Positions 37,301 through 44,569 of a DNA stretch of 64,000 bases are shown here, one piece after another. Below the pieces are notes generated by a model. That model did no database searches. It saw nothing but the letters and a program-made list of their open reading frames with translations, and had not been told where the DNA came from. The stretch lies in the IMG/VR virus record IMGVR_UViG_3300024264_000011, positions 43,376 through 107,375 of that record; one strand, 5' to 3'. How positions within the stretch are numbered: position 1 is the stretch's first letter; each line of letters begins with the position of its first letter. The stretch comes from a virus. Position numbers and translations under genes: made by a program.

Positions 37301-40081
37301 ACCATAAGTCAAGAATCTCTTGACTACAGTACCACCACCATTAAGATCTTCCGATTCTACTACTAGTTCTGGAATCTCTTCTTCTTTTGTTACACCAGGA
37401 ATTTCAAAGTATAACTTGAAGAATGAGTTGCCGGATGTACTAAATCTTGTTTTAGAACTTGCCCATGATGTCTCATCCTTCGTAGCAGTTTCACCTAAGT
37501 TAACTTCCCAAGTAGTATCAGTAGCAATAGGATAAAGTTCTGAATACTGCGACTCCTTACTAATACCTGCGGGAGGAATGAGAGCAGTGATTTTACCAAA
37601 TGCAGATGGTGGGTCAGCTTGGAACTTATGTCCTGCTGCCCTGAGCGAAATTTGACCGAAGTTGGAGTTAGAGTTGGTGATTGACATATCACCACCATTA
37701 ACTGCTAAGAATTGGTCTGCGTAACCAACTGCGAAAACAGAAACGACCTGAATAAATGCACTGTTGGATGCCTTGATGTGGAAGTGTCTCCAATCATGTC
37801 TATATTCAGCATCTGGGTCAGCATAAACTGGACCTCTCTGAGTCGTATTGTTTGGATCAACAGCAGGGTTGTTTACGACACTATCATTGTCTGCATTAGT
37901 TGCTGAACCACTGGTATAAACTTTACCAGTTTTGTTTCTTGGTTGCCAATATGCGTTAGGGTCTTTCTGAAGCGAGATACCCGTGAACTGTGCAACAACC
38001 ATCGACTTGAAGCTGTTTGCTTTAACCTTGCTTCCATCGGTATGCATACCGTTGAGACCAAGAACAGAACGTAGCGAACAGTTGAAGATATATGGTGAAC
38101 AAGAATTAACGGTATCGATTGTCTTCGTAGATGAAGAATCACCAACAATCTGGAATTCTTCTGTACGAACTACTCTGTTGTTACCACCGTCAATTGTTGT
38201 ATCCCATGCGTCAATTCTCTTATAGTATCTCTCTAGTTCACCGTCAGTTGTTCTCTGGTCAGCATATGTGAAGGAAACAACTCTGTGGTGAGAATGTGCA
38301 TTAGGTAGGTTACCATTTACATCTGGTGTTAGTGACCATGTTCCAGAATACTCAGTAAATGTTGGAATACCACTTCCATCATACTGAACCTTGACTGTTG
38401 GAGTGCTCTTAGCATCCTTAAAGGTCATCTGCCAGAAATAACAACCACCAGTTACCTTAAAGATTGCAGTCTGGTGTGCAACTGGTACAGTCTTCTTAAT
38501 TAGATCGTTATATGTATCTGGGTTACCAACGATGGTTGTCATCGCTAGAGTTAAAGTATTGACTGCATCCCTAGCTTCAGCACACTCATTTGCAGCTGTC
38601 TCATTACCATTATAATCTACATTATTATTAATGTCTGGTCTCCATACAGTCTTATTGTAGGTAGTACTACCAGCAGTGATTGATGTTAATTCATTATAGT
38701 ATGATCCAAGAGATGTATCACCATGAGTAGATGTACCATTACCATTATTATTCCACTGACTTTGGATATCATAGTCTAAAGCTGCCTTCATGATATCGCG
38801 TGCTTTATTATAAGCAGCAATAGCAGCAGTTCTTTCGGTAGAATTATTATTACCTAGATTAATAGTGGTTGAACCATTGGTGTAATATTCACCAGCAATA
38901 AATGTATTTGCGTTACCACCTTCTCTCAAGTCACGAATAACTGAATCGATGAAGTAACCGATATCTCTCCTACATTTTTCATTAATATCAGATTCGGATG
39001 GATATGTATTCTTGATATGTAACCAAGCTTGTTCTTGAATATATCCACGACATTTTTCAATAATAGTAGCAGCGTCATAATTGACTGAGCTTACCTGATA
39101 AGAATCACCATCAATTGCACCACCATCAAGGTTTGGTGTTGGAACGAACTTAGGACGAATAACAGTCTTTCTGAGGTCATAACCTACAACAGAAGTACCT
39201 CTTGGAACGATGACACCACCGTTTCTTGGGTTGAATCTGTAAAGGTTTGCTTCAAATGAAGTTTGTTCGTGAAGAATACCACCAGTGGTTGCTGATACAA
39301 ATGTATGAGATGCTCTCTCTGCAGGATTGGCGGTCTCACCAACGTCAACAGTAAATGTGTTGGTTGTTATGTTAGAAACACTTAACCAAGTATCGTAAGC
39401 TGGGTCTGTTACGCGAGGATACGAGTGTTGGGTAGCATCACTATCTAGAGCGCATGTAAATGTTAAAGATCCAACTGTCAATTTAACACGATCACCATTC
39501 GAGAAACCATGATTAGGAACGGTAATTACGGAAAGACCTGTAGCCGGGTCGTAAGTAGCAGTTGTAGCAGTATATGTACCATCGGTTACTGGTGATGTGA
39601 CAACATCATAACCTGGTCTATTATCAATGGTGTAATCACCAGGCATAACCATAATGGTATATGCTTCAAATCTATCATCAGCACCCGAAACATAACTCTT
39701 TCTCGATGCTTCGATAAGTGCTCTTTCAATAGTTTTGAAAGGCTGGTTTAGATTACCACCATCATTTGACGACGAGTCTGATGCGTTCTTATCAGACTGG
39801 TTAACATACATGATAACGTTGATTGCGTTATCAAAGTCTGGGTTAGTACCACCAAGAATAGTACCATTACCAGAAATAATCTGACCGTCTCCTTTAATTC
39901 TGAGACGTTCTACGCCAGATGTTGAAAAAGCGATCTCATTCGTCGCTGGTTGGTACATACCTGTACCATCATCGCTAGAGTTATCAAAAGATAACGCTGG
40001 ATTAGTGGGTGTATTATCACTATCAAACTTAATTACAATACCAGGTGCTATACCACCTGACGTAACTCTTGTTAGAGCCAT
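25379..40081 (-). CDS. giant virion structural protein (4900 aa)
   Basis: Uninterrupted 14.7-kb ORF rich in T/S/G/N/D; shares modules with the 1945-aa protein; preceded by late promoters. Confidence 0.8.
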   Translation of the reverse strand: MALTRVTSGGIAPGIVIKFDSDNTPTNPALSFDNSSDDGTGMYQPATNEIAFSTSGVERLRIKGDGQIISGNGTILGGTNPDFDNAINVIMYVNQSDKNASDSSSNDGGNLNQPFKTIERALIEASRKSYVSGADDRFEAYTIMVMPGDYTIDNRPGYDVVTSPVTDGTYTATTATYDPATGLSVITVPNHGFSNGDRVKLTVGSLTFTCALDSDATQHSYPRVTDPAYDTWLSVSNITTNTFTVDVGETANPAERASHTFVSATTGGILHEQTSFEANLYRFNPRNGGVIVPRGTSVVGYDLRKTVIRPKFVPTPNLDGGAIDGDSYQVSSVNYDAATIIEKCRGYIQEQAWLHIKNTYPSESDINEKCRRDIGYFIDSVIRDLREGGNANTFIAGEYYTNGSTTINLGNNNSTERTAAIAAYNKARDIMKAALDYDIQSQWNNNGNGTSTHGDTSLGSYYNELTSITAGSTTYNKTVWRPDINNNVDYNGNETAANECAEARDAVNTLTLAMTTIVGNPDTYNDLIKKTVPVAHQTAIFKVTGGCYFWQMTFKDAKSTPTVKVQYDGSGIPTFTEYSGTWSLTPDVNGNLPNAHSHHRVVSFTYADQRTTDGELERYYKRIDAWDTTIDGGNNRVVRTEEFQIVGDSSSTKTIDTVNSCSPYIFNCSLRSVLGLNGMHTDGSKVKANSFKSMVVAQFTGISLQKDPNAYWQPRNKTGKVYTSGSATNADNDSVVNNPAVDPNNTTQRGPVYADPDAEYRHDWRHFHIKASNSAFIQVVSVFAVGYADQFLAVNGGDMSITNSNSNFGQISLRAAGHKFQADPPSAFGKITALIPPAGISKESQYSELYPIATDTTWEVNLGETATKDETSWASSKTRFSTSGNSFFKLYFEIPGVTKEEEIPELVVESEDLNGGGTVVKRFLTYGSGNNYNLFREYYDTSGVLSANDCVIVNQVDGEGGGLSTYEATVSIATSTNDSETKNHERVGYKWDRVRQKVYVELDSTKSNTRTYVSEFIFADIVETTFVTETITNDDGSTSVVSTTKDINVLEYWEGFPGSVTTAKLLDQRASTPNDLLWRVKYIIPKNYVNTDGEKITPKPPEKRFIIQGTSPQNDKDGVPYTNYRFTIWDVQEVQTWQAGVRDGEYYLTILRADIDKFIDGSDGTGYENTPHVLQREDNNDIIIADRLSELSFDDRNYRVSSNVNYLYPSTNEEGNIGNPRVLWNPPQTDSRVIVEQMPGDTSSNANYFGFRPKDVSVPNKKYHKSNDNSTPFHEVPALTSLTAEACHRLVKALDLCYIKSTAGTEVNVKVAPVASWDDRASDTSNYSTVSTSFNVYGTATSSQSYRIGQGTSTITDQNSVDANKYGFALSDEERKIPVCSATTSTISGTHDAVTGNTPGNHPQSIAPVVPLLRPSILRASSHTWEYIGIGPGNYSTGFPNLQTRVLKAYEQFIAQGYENAGGFVASSGTNSAGDFYIGNQVIQAGGQSTTTLNVPKVRKSSESNAVDVSDLENRIANNVINVIASPNKSSAQQNLLKGLSNFFTTARLTVTDRANIQTLYVTDRMFIANNSILNGEKFPEGGPEGYGFTKGARPEKTGYIATDTNDRLYVSPKFLDAWRIKKKILSATNINLDNNRVYIEPLSRTFTSAKKNDESLTTALAEPITLTGSINGTGAISSVTLSGQNSGSSLDDVIKVGMRVAQTNRNKDKIKEEAVVTSVTSTTIQLAYVNSDTTASFASGSSIDMFAVDQLELVDTSGMPPFGRIDVEQTLDHVTSKDYIEISNVKYYLNPVINISLQYDEVDYTTNTVSVSTSQNFAAYENYVNSVLPEATQYDLHTIIKNYPSVVQVIEDSEELLDPKYLYGALVNGGTTGVSASVSSTVVGEGGTETDGSGNNGVLVNIATNFHAKLPSRGAVTFRKVDGGQTKYSTFVYVKRTSPGISLLRKVTTQSNNDTGISYTSSDGSEIYFSGSVTYSSYGDKWTVENAFIPDVEEISEDVDIESATLYELPTKPVPFTGRIDDTYTEGIVPNPVTSKALGANLQTKRTVKTFQPFENLKQVADFAQDAGFTQNDIVEVMMKPGYYRLYSDSDSEYGSQITFPCQLKINGSGSKKTTEQYSKELANEPAGRIGGYSNKTVKSGDSVSFYRSPKFSNSWGGRTDLLYINSVGDRLESTGGINIENVHFLGLNESITRNEILDNAYSTDSYTVSARRRVRKAWYVKESKDFDNSTSATGGVSGGMSFQTKYTGTNSTGQGSFEYFINSGEITEDDRDEKSPTVDTTTKKSPNARYIKFKFERSKFSTNEARFNQLTEYVIPGTTLYYFPNQSGQTQDASTKRTRVLDVKKNTSTANSVTTIDSIEVICAVFEPSNTTRTRGDADIDLSDIGMLDAGISSPNSLTSGIQIIFVNRNGDEFCTLTYNWCKQKRNQIVPKSMSTSGEGFDDSEYDIPVVFGIVAGYKSDTINLVIDTNPSKDSGGIRSFSRSGAANGSSSETSFTLTSSSTGVSTSGSGSGATFKVDIAAGNGGFYRYDVTVEELNAGTGFAVDDTVTILGTALGGTSPTNDLTLTVGSLYPAKKQYPATNLFTFYPSISVYLTNSGGTHLGEEYSVTIPGFANGYRRLYGRQDTRYVLFEVKASEMGALGDNDGVNGSVKGQFSGFGYQDINFNENSPNITVGDVTFTPKDRRRTTFASDQQFEAIAKYNLQQAGTGYRQSGSGLTTIGRRVTCNYAKNYKVNRKKFPTSTPPTVGNLGATLIKVSGVPGTSNTVKLVNCTIGAMSDANDRSNTYGGGYHGGLIAIDNGTVSLQGVRFRGNLSLDWSGLLTDNDARLSSENRFTYGHSVDLVETAGIINISKLGNSAYKELNVSKEDINYKYYTMFRDENNLYIEPNQLPTGEIVDYDSRTFPISTVNAIPKFNSTGQWNDTVDIYERFLTDKISTLASPSGDFSGRRLRFNNSSGLVIRASDFGRDEGGHTDGVRDLEPKTITFELPYNNTANKGKAEEVAKNIIPNFTEIIRNGNKDSVLGTVTSFEFYKKTDQNIAIFEIGYSGNVQYEGEDDMRGMDDGGTPTGDFDDFELQFLTKYIPSQRFNYVSTLTTRYIKRSNADASGHSKYELGFDEAQNQSIFANSKDFAIQKLGTGVSVSEEASGAVNIINFRKADTTGNNNDNDVRVILQTNIDNEVASCSIVSLGINNAQDDVLYYNGTTFTSVNESTFNGFKITMLETTSTRTSDTDTNYDMFAPGEVVNNVENASFLVNNFRETNLTSIKGELQRIKSIISPGSYIEYGGQYYKVAYSLPGRPYLGIHQYANPINAEDIRTSLVVRLEETSYEINYTKKRGDEVITRFYLYEDDNILRYWPTAGRAEIGELELCSFIKTYIDDNQGYKITLNRSNIDFWPSYIHDWDGLEIATAFEAGLDPANPTEAVPGVATGTVKSTPIKLADPVDTTSCTYKRVKSIGYINLDEEYLSKEGIKTQQRAFIDIYSSDDNLNQDLEKYEVGQIVSLPWRNLGVGSNNRGYDTGSGYTDKYHYTPSNIKVTVTTAEGDPGLSGSTNRLGDARISAYVTTDQPAYADIKDSTDKNDGHARLSNNLTSLHHIVQSSNTWSTGKTTHNIYDKIDPLTLIRGLTSFSTILGKPHADNNASSSSDNNAALVSGKTRQFTIAQDGDQDIGKGLVPGISILNVTGATAYWEENTTITSVTRSGSSAGSYTYAILANKEPLTALPANFPVAFDNRRYLEFELFNPLLGNLAVGDEFQIVPQFNTEGHAWRRHNEIFQSRISDIQKLTNTENGDAGAVIRLHLSDPFDYGSSGDNGKMDLNTYYATRYGTEQTNFITSAESRYFGFISINHGGWTFPRSGASYLPSNMARIFVDGGNGNSNKITLPNFSGRILAGDSFAYTYEASKVVQQISRDSYRDINKGRFYLRGISVEEGDTLSGLDISSINNIGVYDRFKNNGTYNVFHVRYENTKGEETDNYAFGNSNANSFWNGATFSEDQPTTKYRYSTSTIVDINSLTDNSNGFFVDIGGGTTNGDAGDYSSITGDATAIETALNQDFNNDTMGVYDVNGATQQSADPWRNSLVRSNSKAGVGCNIGFRVINNTVEQATILAAGTGYEVNDYILVEGAVFSYDNPRYPKDVYFYVSDVDSNGGVLSFEPRLALESDSYNSPNGSGSVLYARYDSTVAKFLIQREDSGTLTDLTSSDPHPFRSSDDTTTTAGSDGIYIPDNSIFIDTTSGSVVYLAAQVPTLEGELIDFNFNYQGGFTNGMKLIFAKPKPSLKRVTGTVVTVGTPGTDGYSEITLDSPDNILFKEYPDTTDWVSVSDIQISHTSDLFAKDGAVCKRIFHSEKGGTMEFNDYNIWNDWYRQGSQNKGYGIYGSHGWVGNWGRLSDGSRPIGFTSLGSLVVNWGRQRANSIWKTAQPVRPIWTHRGVTTDVNYNGAAFTPAQRYFYTNGTNSFFSSSFLNYLPEDNQVFDRVAYGNPINHITSTSDAIRMSLSTSKKFLREDWWSGRYYDGGFGSVTYQPHQWASTFDAIAESRITIPNRVSYQLQDLSFRKGDNGGNINWGSGRKTRLSEQITADYIQHYSAGPLNSAATNAADIFVDTGIRVRLSDRSSTDKHHKQTLVNKNASNTVTGNLRKGKLYNAGDVVPAGIYSVEAADNSNYASYARGSSITVTGFTITAGSTLVLRAYTTQIARGDQIYLRKPSSPTAGLAGYIYVGQVRYVGGGGGENDTNEIILSENLPTAIDSQTMTTSTDYELYYYRPQGLKTHDYEFDKYAPDGSSDGLSSKVGESVVSAGMAGSHNYNMSVIINKRNYNTSPTNNTLNTVKAVGNYWWYWGSSAAHKSIRVTAGDLSGLNWSQMNIMITRFNPKVHLEQAVTITSNPSTIRVNNVYI

Positions 40082-40115
40082 ATTTTACTCCGAGTGCTGG
40101 AACTTTACCTGGTTT

Positions 40116-40123
40116 TATTTATA
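40116..40123 (-). promoter_or_regulatory. T4-type late promoter TATAAATA
   Basis: Exact octamer about 35 nt upstream of the giant gene. Confidence 0.75.
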
Positions 40124-40136
40124 GACTTTTTTGCTT

Positions 40137-40162
40137 AAAAAACCCCTGTATTTATAGGGGTT
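40137..40162 (-). terminator. terminator hairpin containing a second TATAAATA
   Basis: AACCCCTATAAATACAGGGGTT followed by TTTT. Confidence 0.6.
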
Positions 40163-40204
40163 GATGGAGTGCATTTTTGAGAAAAATACGGATAAAAAAT
40201 CAAT

Positions 40205-40227
40205 AAAAAAGGAGGACTAAATCCTCC
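40205..40227 (-). terminator. intrinsic terminator
   Basis: GGAGGA-TTTAG-TCCTCC followed by T6. Confidence 0.7.
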
Positions 40228-40365
40228 TCTGATCATATTAATGTATTTTTGTCAAAAAGGCCTAGAGTTAATTTTGGCCTGGAATTTTTTTCCCGAGTTT
40301 TTTGTAACTAAAGCCCGATTTTCATTGGGGTTTTCGAGAATTTATATGGTAGTTCCGCGATGAAA

Positions 40366-40551
40366 TTAGTAAGTATACTCTACCATGTCTTCGGTCAAAG
40401 TTTCGTTAATAAAGTTACACATCCTAGTAAATTCGTTACCAGTATTGTTTGGAATCTCTACTTCTTCTCCATCATACCCGATTAAAGTAACATTTCTCGT
40501 TAGGACATTTACTTTTACTTTGTGTAACAAAGAGTCTTGACGAACTTCCAT
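40366..40551 (-). CDS. small cyanophage hypothetical protein
   Basis: 61 aa with its own promoter and AAGGA SD. Confidence 0.7.
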   Translation of the reverse strand: MEVRQDSLLHKVKVNVLTRNVTLIGYDGEEVEIPNNTGNEFTRMCNFINETLTEDMVEYTY

Positions 40552-40574
40552 AAGATTTTCCTTTTAGTAGTAAT

Positions 40575-40603
40575 AGTATACCATATGAAAAGGTTAAAGT
40601 CAA
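40575..40603 (-). promoter_or_regulatory. sigma70-type promoter overlapping the gp5 stop codon
   Basis: TTGACT N17 TATACT with extended -10 TG. Confidence 0.7.
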
Positions 40604-43026
40604 CCAATAGAAATAATTGGCGCTTTGACAACAAAAGGTGATAGACTAGTCTCTGCAAATAGACCTTGTGCATTATCAAATAACAATCCAGTAGTTGATT
40701 TGAAAGCAGCTCCAATAGTTATATCTAATGAAGCAGATGCTTTTGCAAATTGAGTTATACCTAATGTATTCTCAGAATCAACACCGAGTTTGTTTTCACT
40801 CCAAACACCCATACCAACCTGTTGATGAGCACCACCCCACCATTCAGTTTCTGATCCAGTTTGGAAATAATTTGAAATTCCAATACCAGTATCAAATTTA
40901 GTTCCTAGTCTAGATAATATTTCATTACCAATAGTCATCTCCATCATGTTACCAGCAGTGTATCTATTGTAAAAAGTTGATGTGATATTAAACGATCCCA
41001 ATGCAAAGTGATTTTGTTCGGTACAGAATGTAGTTGCAATTGGAGAATGCAATTCGTATTGACCAGATGCAGACAAACCAATCTTAGAAGCAACAATTGC
41101 TAAACCATTGTTAGCTTCCAACTTAGAATCATTCTTGAAATATGTAGCATGTTCTCCCATGAAAGTAACTTTACTTTCTTGGTTAGCAGTTATATTATAC
41201 ATTCCGAGAACTTCTAAGTGATAGTCTCTACCAACTTTTAGATGGTAGTCACCATCAACAATCATTTTTACATTACCATGAACAATGACTTCTTGATCTT
41301 TAATAGTAACTTCTGTTTTCTTTGCCGCATTAGTTACTTTTACGTCACCATTATCATAAACATGAATACCAGATTTACTTGGACCATGTTCAATAACCAA
41401 TCTAGTATTATATGGTGTGTCATCCATAGCAACCATTGTGCCGGACTCAGAAAATGTTCCAATAATTTTTGAGTATTGTGGATTCCATTTTCCTTTCACG
41501 CCATCCATCCCTATTCCACTAATTCCTTGTCCGCAGTCAACAACTGCTGCAATAGAACATCCAGAAAAAGAAATGTCAAATGGATCTCTAGTATCTCTAT
41601 TACATCCTATTCCCAATAGAGAGAAAATAAAATCTAGTATACTAGTAATACCTAGTTGTGATATATCCGACAAATATGACATATCACCAATCGCACTGAT
41701 AGATGAGATGAGATCATTAACTGTGCTAAAAATATCATTAACAATATCAACCAAACTAAAAATAGCATCAAAAATAGCATCAAAAATACACTGGATCTGA
41801 TCAATTGCATCCATGATTGTATCAATCACAGACTGGATTGCATCTTCAATCGCACCAAAGATCATTTCAACAAGAGATTCATCCATAATACATGCAATCT
41901 CTCTCAAGATAAACATGATTATATCAGTTATTGTTTTCCCCATCATCGGAAAAGGAAAAATTGCTGCGACACCTATAGCGTTTAGAATCTTTGTAATTTG
42001 TCCCATCACAAAAGATTTTACCTGGTTGATTAACCACCAAATAGAATCTTTAATAAATTCAAGTTGTTTATCTATAAATCCTTTAATATCAACTAGAGAG
42101 TCTGTAAACGTTCCAATTACGTCTCCTTTCTTCGCAGTTTTTCCCTCTTGTTTTTCTCCAACATATTCACTTTTTAAAATTAATTTAACCTCATCACCCT
42201 TCTCATGATCTTCTGGTGTAGTAGCGTCAAAACCTCTCTTAGCTAGAACTAATTTTTTCTCCGCCTTATTTCCATAACCAATTAATTCTCCATTGATTTC
42301 TACAATACCTCTCTGTGGAAAATCTGTAGAGTCTTCAATTGGTATGGTTTGCTCTTCTTTATCTAGATCTAATGTTAGTTTTGATTTTGTATTCTTCTTG
42401 ATTCTTCTGACATGACTAGCAGTAGATACAATGTTAGTTACTGCATATGAAACATTAGAATCAAATGTTTTTTGTCCACCGCTTTTTCCATTTGCTATAG
42501 GAATTTCGTTCACAACTCCAGATGGATTAGCAGCAGAGTGATCTGCTGCTGCAGCAGATACAGATGTCGAAGTTGCATCACGACTTGCTAGTGATTCTGC
42601 ACTTTGACCAGTGTCTGTTGCATCATTACCACTGACAGTATTATTAAATCCTCTAGGATAATCTCTAGCTGCTTGTGAATCTTTTTTAAATATTGGTTTG
42701 ATTTTACTCAATAGAGAACCAATAACAACTGGTTGCTGACAATCTGGATAATCTAAAAAGAATCCGATTACAAAACTACCAGGTTTTAATTGATTACCCC
42801 CAGATCCAACACCATTTGCTCCAGCAGAATCTGTTGGTGACATTACCATTGCCCATGGTAACTTAGAAGGCTTTTCTCCTGGTTTATGATAACCAAGAAT
42901 ATTTACCTTCACCCTATTCAGTCTTGCATCAGGGTCATCAGCATTTTCTACTGTACCCAACCACCAAGAAAAATCACCATTACCGATGAAACTTGATGTT
43001 GGAAGTGTGGGGTTAATAGTTGACAT
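40600..43026 (-). CDS. gp5: baseplate hub/central spike protein gp5
   Basis: N-terminal OB-fold WWLGTVE..DP...RVKVNILGYH..LPWA..GFFLD..CQQPVVIG; C-terminal beta-helix repeats (V.GDYHLKVGRDY). Confidence 0.88.
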   Translation of the reverse strand: MSTINPTLPTSSFIGNGDFSWWLGTVENADDPDARLNRVKVNILGYHKPGEKPSKLPWAMVMSPTDSAGANGVGSGGNQLKPGSFVIGFFLDYPDCQQPVVIGSLLSKIKPIFKKDSQAARDYPRGFNNTVSGNDATDTGQSAESLASRDATSTSVSAAAADHSAANPSGVVNEIPIANGKSGGQKTFDSNVSYAVTNIVSTASHVRRIKKNTKSKLTLDLDKEEQTIPIEDSTDFPQRGIVEINGELIGYGNKAEKKLVLAKRGFDATTPEDHEKGDEVKLILKSEYVGEKQEGKTAKKGDVIGTFTDSLVDIKGFIDKQLEFIKDSIWWLINQVKSFVMGQITKILNAIGVAAIFPFPMMGKTITDIIMFILREIACIMDESLVEMIFGAIEDAIQSVIDTIMDAIDQIQCIFDAIFDAIFSLVDIVNDIFSTVNDLISSISAIGDMSYLSDISQLGITSILDFIFSLLGIGCNRDTRDPFDISFSGCSIAAVVDCGQGISGIGMDGVKGKWNPQYSKIIGTFSESGTMVAMDDTPYNTRLVIEHGPSKSGIHVYDNGDVKVTNAAKKTEVTIKDQEVIVHGNVKMIVDGDYHLKVGRDYHLEVLGMYNITANQESKVTFMGEHATYFKNDSKLEANNGLAIVASKIGLSASGQYELHSPIATTFCTEQNHFALGSFNITSTFYNRYTAGNMMEMTIGNEILSRLGTKFDTGIGISNYFQTGSETEWWGGAHQQVGMGVWSENKLGVDSENTLGITQFAKASASLDITIGAAFKSTTGLLFDNAQGLFAETSLSPFVVKAPIISIG

Positions 43027-43241
43027 TAGTCCTCATATATACGACATTCATCTGCTTCTGGGTTAGCATCACAATACATTTCAAACGTTGTTGGATCATG
43101 ATGATCATTTGGATTATGTTCATGATACTCTTCTAGATCATGAAGTTCTGATTCGATGTGTCTACGTCGTTGTGGTGAAATGTTTGGATCTTCAAGGATT
43201 TTTCTGTCCTTTTCGATATGGTCTTCGATAGATTTTTCCAT
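43026..43241 (-). CDS. cp12: CP12 Calvin-cycle inhibitor (auxiliary metabolic gene)
   Basis: Diagnostic C-terminus FEMYCDANPEADECRIYED; MEKSIEDHIEKD start of the marine type. Confidence 0.92.
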   Translation of the reverse strand: MEKSIEDHIEKDRKILEDPNISPQRRRHIESELHDLEEYHEHNPNDHHDPTTFEMYCDANPEADECRIYED

Positions 43242-44569
43242 TAGTTTGTACCGTCTAAGTTTACTTGTCCTCCAGACACTTCGATATCTGGTAATCTACT
43301 ACCGCCAAACGAGTCTCTTGAGAGCGTAATGTTAGTCCGAAGTTCACTTCTATTTAGAATGGTATGTTTGACGGCAGCTACAATATACCTCCCGCTGATC
43401 CTTTTGTCAATCTTTACGCGATCTGCTTTTTCTTTCTTTGGATCTGGGATTGCAATATTTATAACATTACCTGCACGATTTCTTAAGTCACCAGGAACCG
43501 CAATGTCTAATTGATTATATTCAATGAAATAATATCTATAGAAAGCTTTCTCAAAGTTCTTATTAATATCATCTATATTATTTTTTTCCGAATCATCAAT
43601 GTTCTCCCAGTCACCAAACGTACTAATTGTTGATGGTCTGTAAATAAATCTACTTCCTCTACTCAACATCTGTCCTATACCACCAGCAAGATATGGTTTA
43701 GTTTTTTCTAAGTGAGAACTAGAATCCCAGAACTCATCTGCATTTGTTCTAAAGACTCTATAAGTTGCTCTGTTAACATCGACATAGATAGAGTCATGAC
43801 AAAAAGCACCTCTCCTCAAGTCATCATAGATGTTGAATGCCTTTGGTGATGCATAATTCATAATACGATACTTATCAGCCGCAGTTAATCCTGGTCCAGT
43901 AGTATTACCTGGAAAATATGTATAAGTAAAATCTTTCTGGGGATATTCATCTTGATCCAACAAAGCATCTATAGACTTGTACCTGAATCCTTCAAATGTT
44001 TCATAGAATAAAAATCCAACAGAGTTTTGTTTATATTCGGGTACTGATCTTGTGGATAACCAATTGAAAAGATCAAACACTCTCCAATTTGGCACGTACA
44101 TATCAAATGGGAAAACAGTTTCGTCAGCATCTAATCCTTTTGTGGAGAAACTATCTCTACGTAAAATTTCTGTGATAATTTCGTTAGACTTCTTACCTTC
44201 AATCCTTTCACATATTCTATAGTTTTCGTTTCTTATACCTTCTAGTGAAATGCAACTCAAGACATATGTTTGCGCTCTCTCCTTCATAGATCTACCATCT
44301 ACCATGTAGACATAGAAGTTCAAGTTGTAATGATACCCATCACTGGAAATTATTATTTCAACTCTCTCCTGACCCATAATGGGCAAACTTGAAATTAAGT
44401 TCTGTCCAATATCTTCTATAGCAAGAGTTGCTTGAAGAGCAGAAGATAATATACTTTCATATAAAGTTATTTCTAACACCAAAGCTTTGATGTCGATCTT
44501 TCTTCTTCCATCCATTGAGTAAAGATTTACCTCACGTAGAGAAAAATCTCCTGGGAATTGGTTTGCCAT
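43241..44569 (-). CDS. baseplate hub protein (gp27-like)
   Basis: LYESILS...LPIMGQERV, FLFYETFEGFRYKSID, SGRYIVAAVKH; position upstream of gp5. Confidence 0.7.
   Translation of the reverse strand: MANQFPGDFSLREVNLYSMDGRRKIDIKALVLEITLYESILSSALQATLAIEDIGQNLISSLPIMGQERVEIIISSDGYHYNLNFYVYMVDGRSMKERAQTYVLSCISLEGIRNENYRICERIEGKKSNEIITEILRRDSFSTKGLDADETVFPFDMYVPNWRVFDLFNWLSTRSVPEYKQNSVGFLFYETFEGFRYKSIDALLDQDEYPQKDFTYTYFPGNTTGPGLTAADKYRIMNYASPKAFNIYDDLRRGAFCHDSIYVDVNRATYRVFRTNADEFWDSSSHLEKTKPYLAGGIGQMLSRGSRFIYRPSTISTFGDWENIDDSEKNNIDDINKNFEKAFYRYYFIEYNQLDIAVPGDLRNRAGNVINIAIPDPKKEKADRVKIDKRISGRYIVAAVKHTILNRSELRTNITLSRDSFGGSRLPDIEVSGGQVNLDGTN

Noticed and set aside
13397-40081. Many 60-140-aa alternative-frame ORFs inside the fibre and giant genes
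   Set aside because: Low-complexity by-products of T/S/G-rich coding sequence
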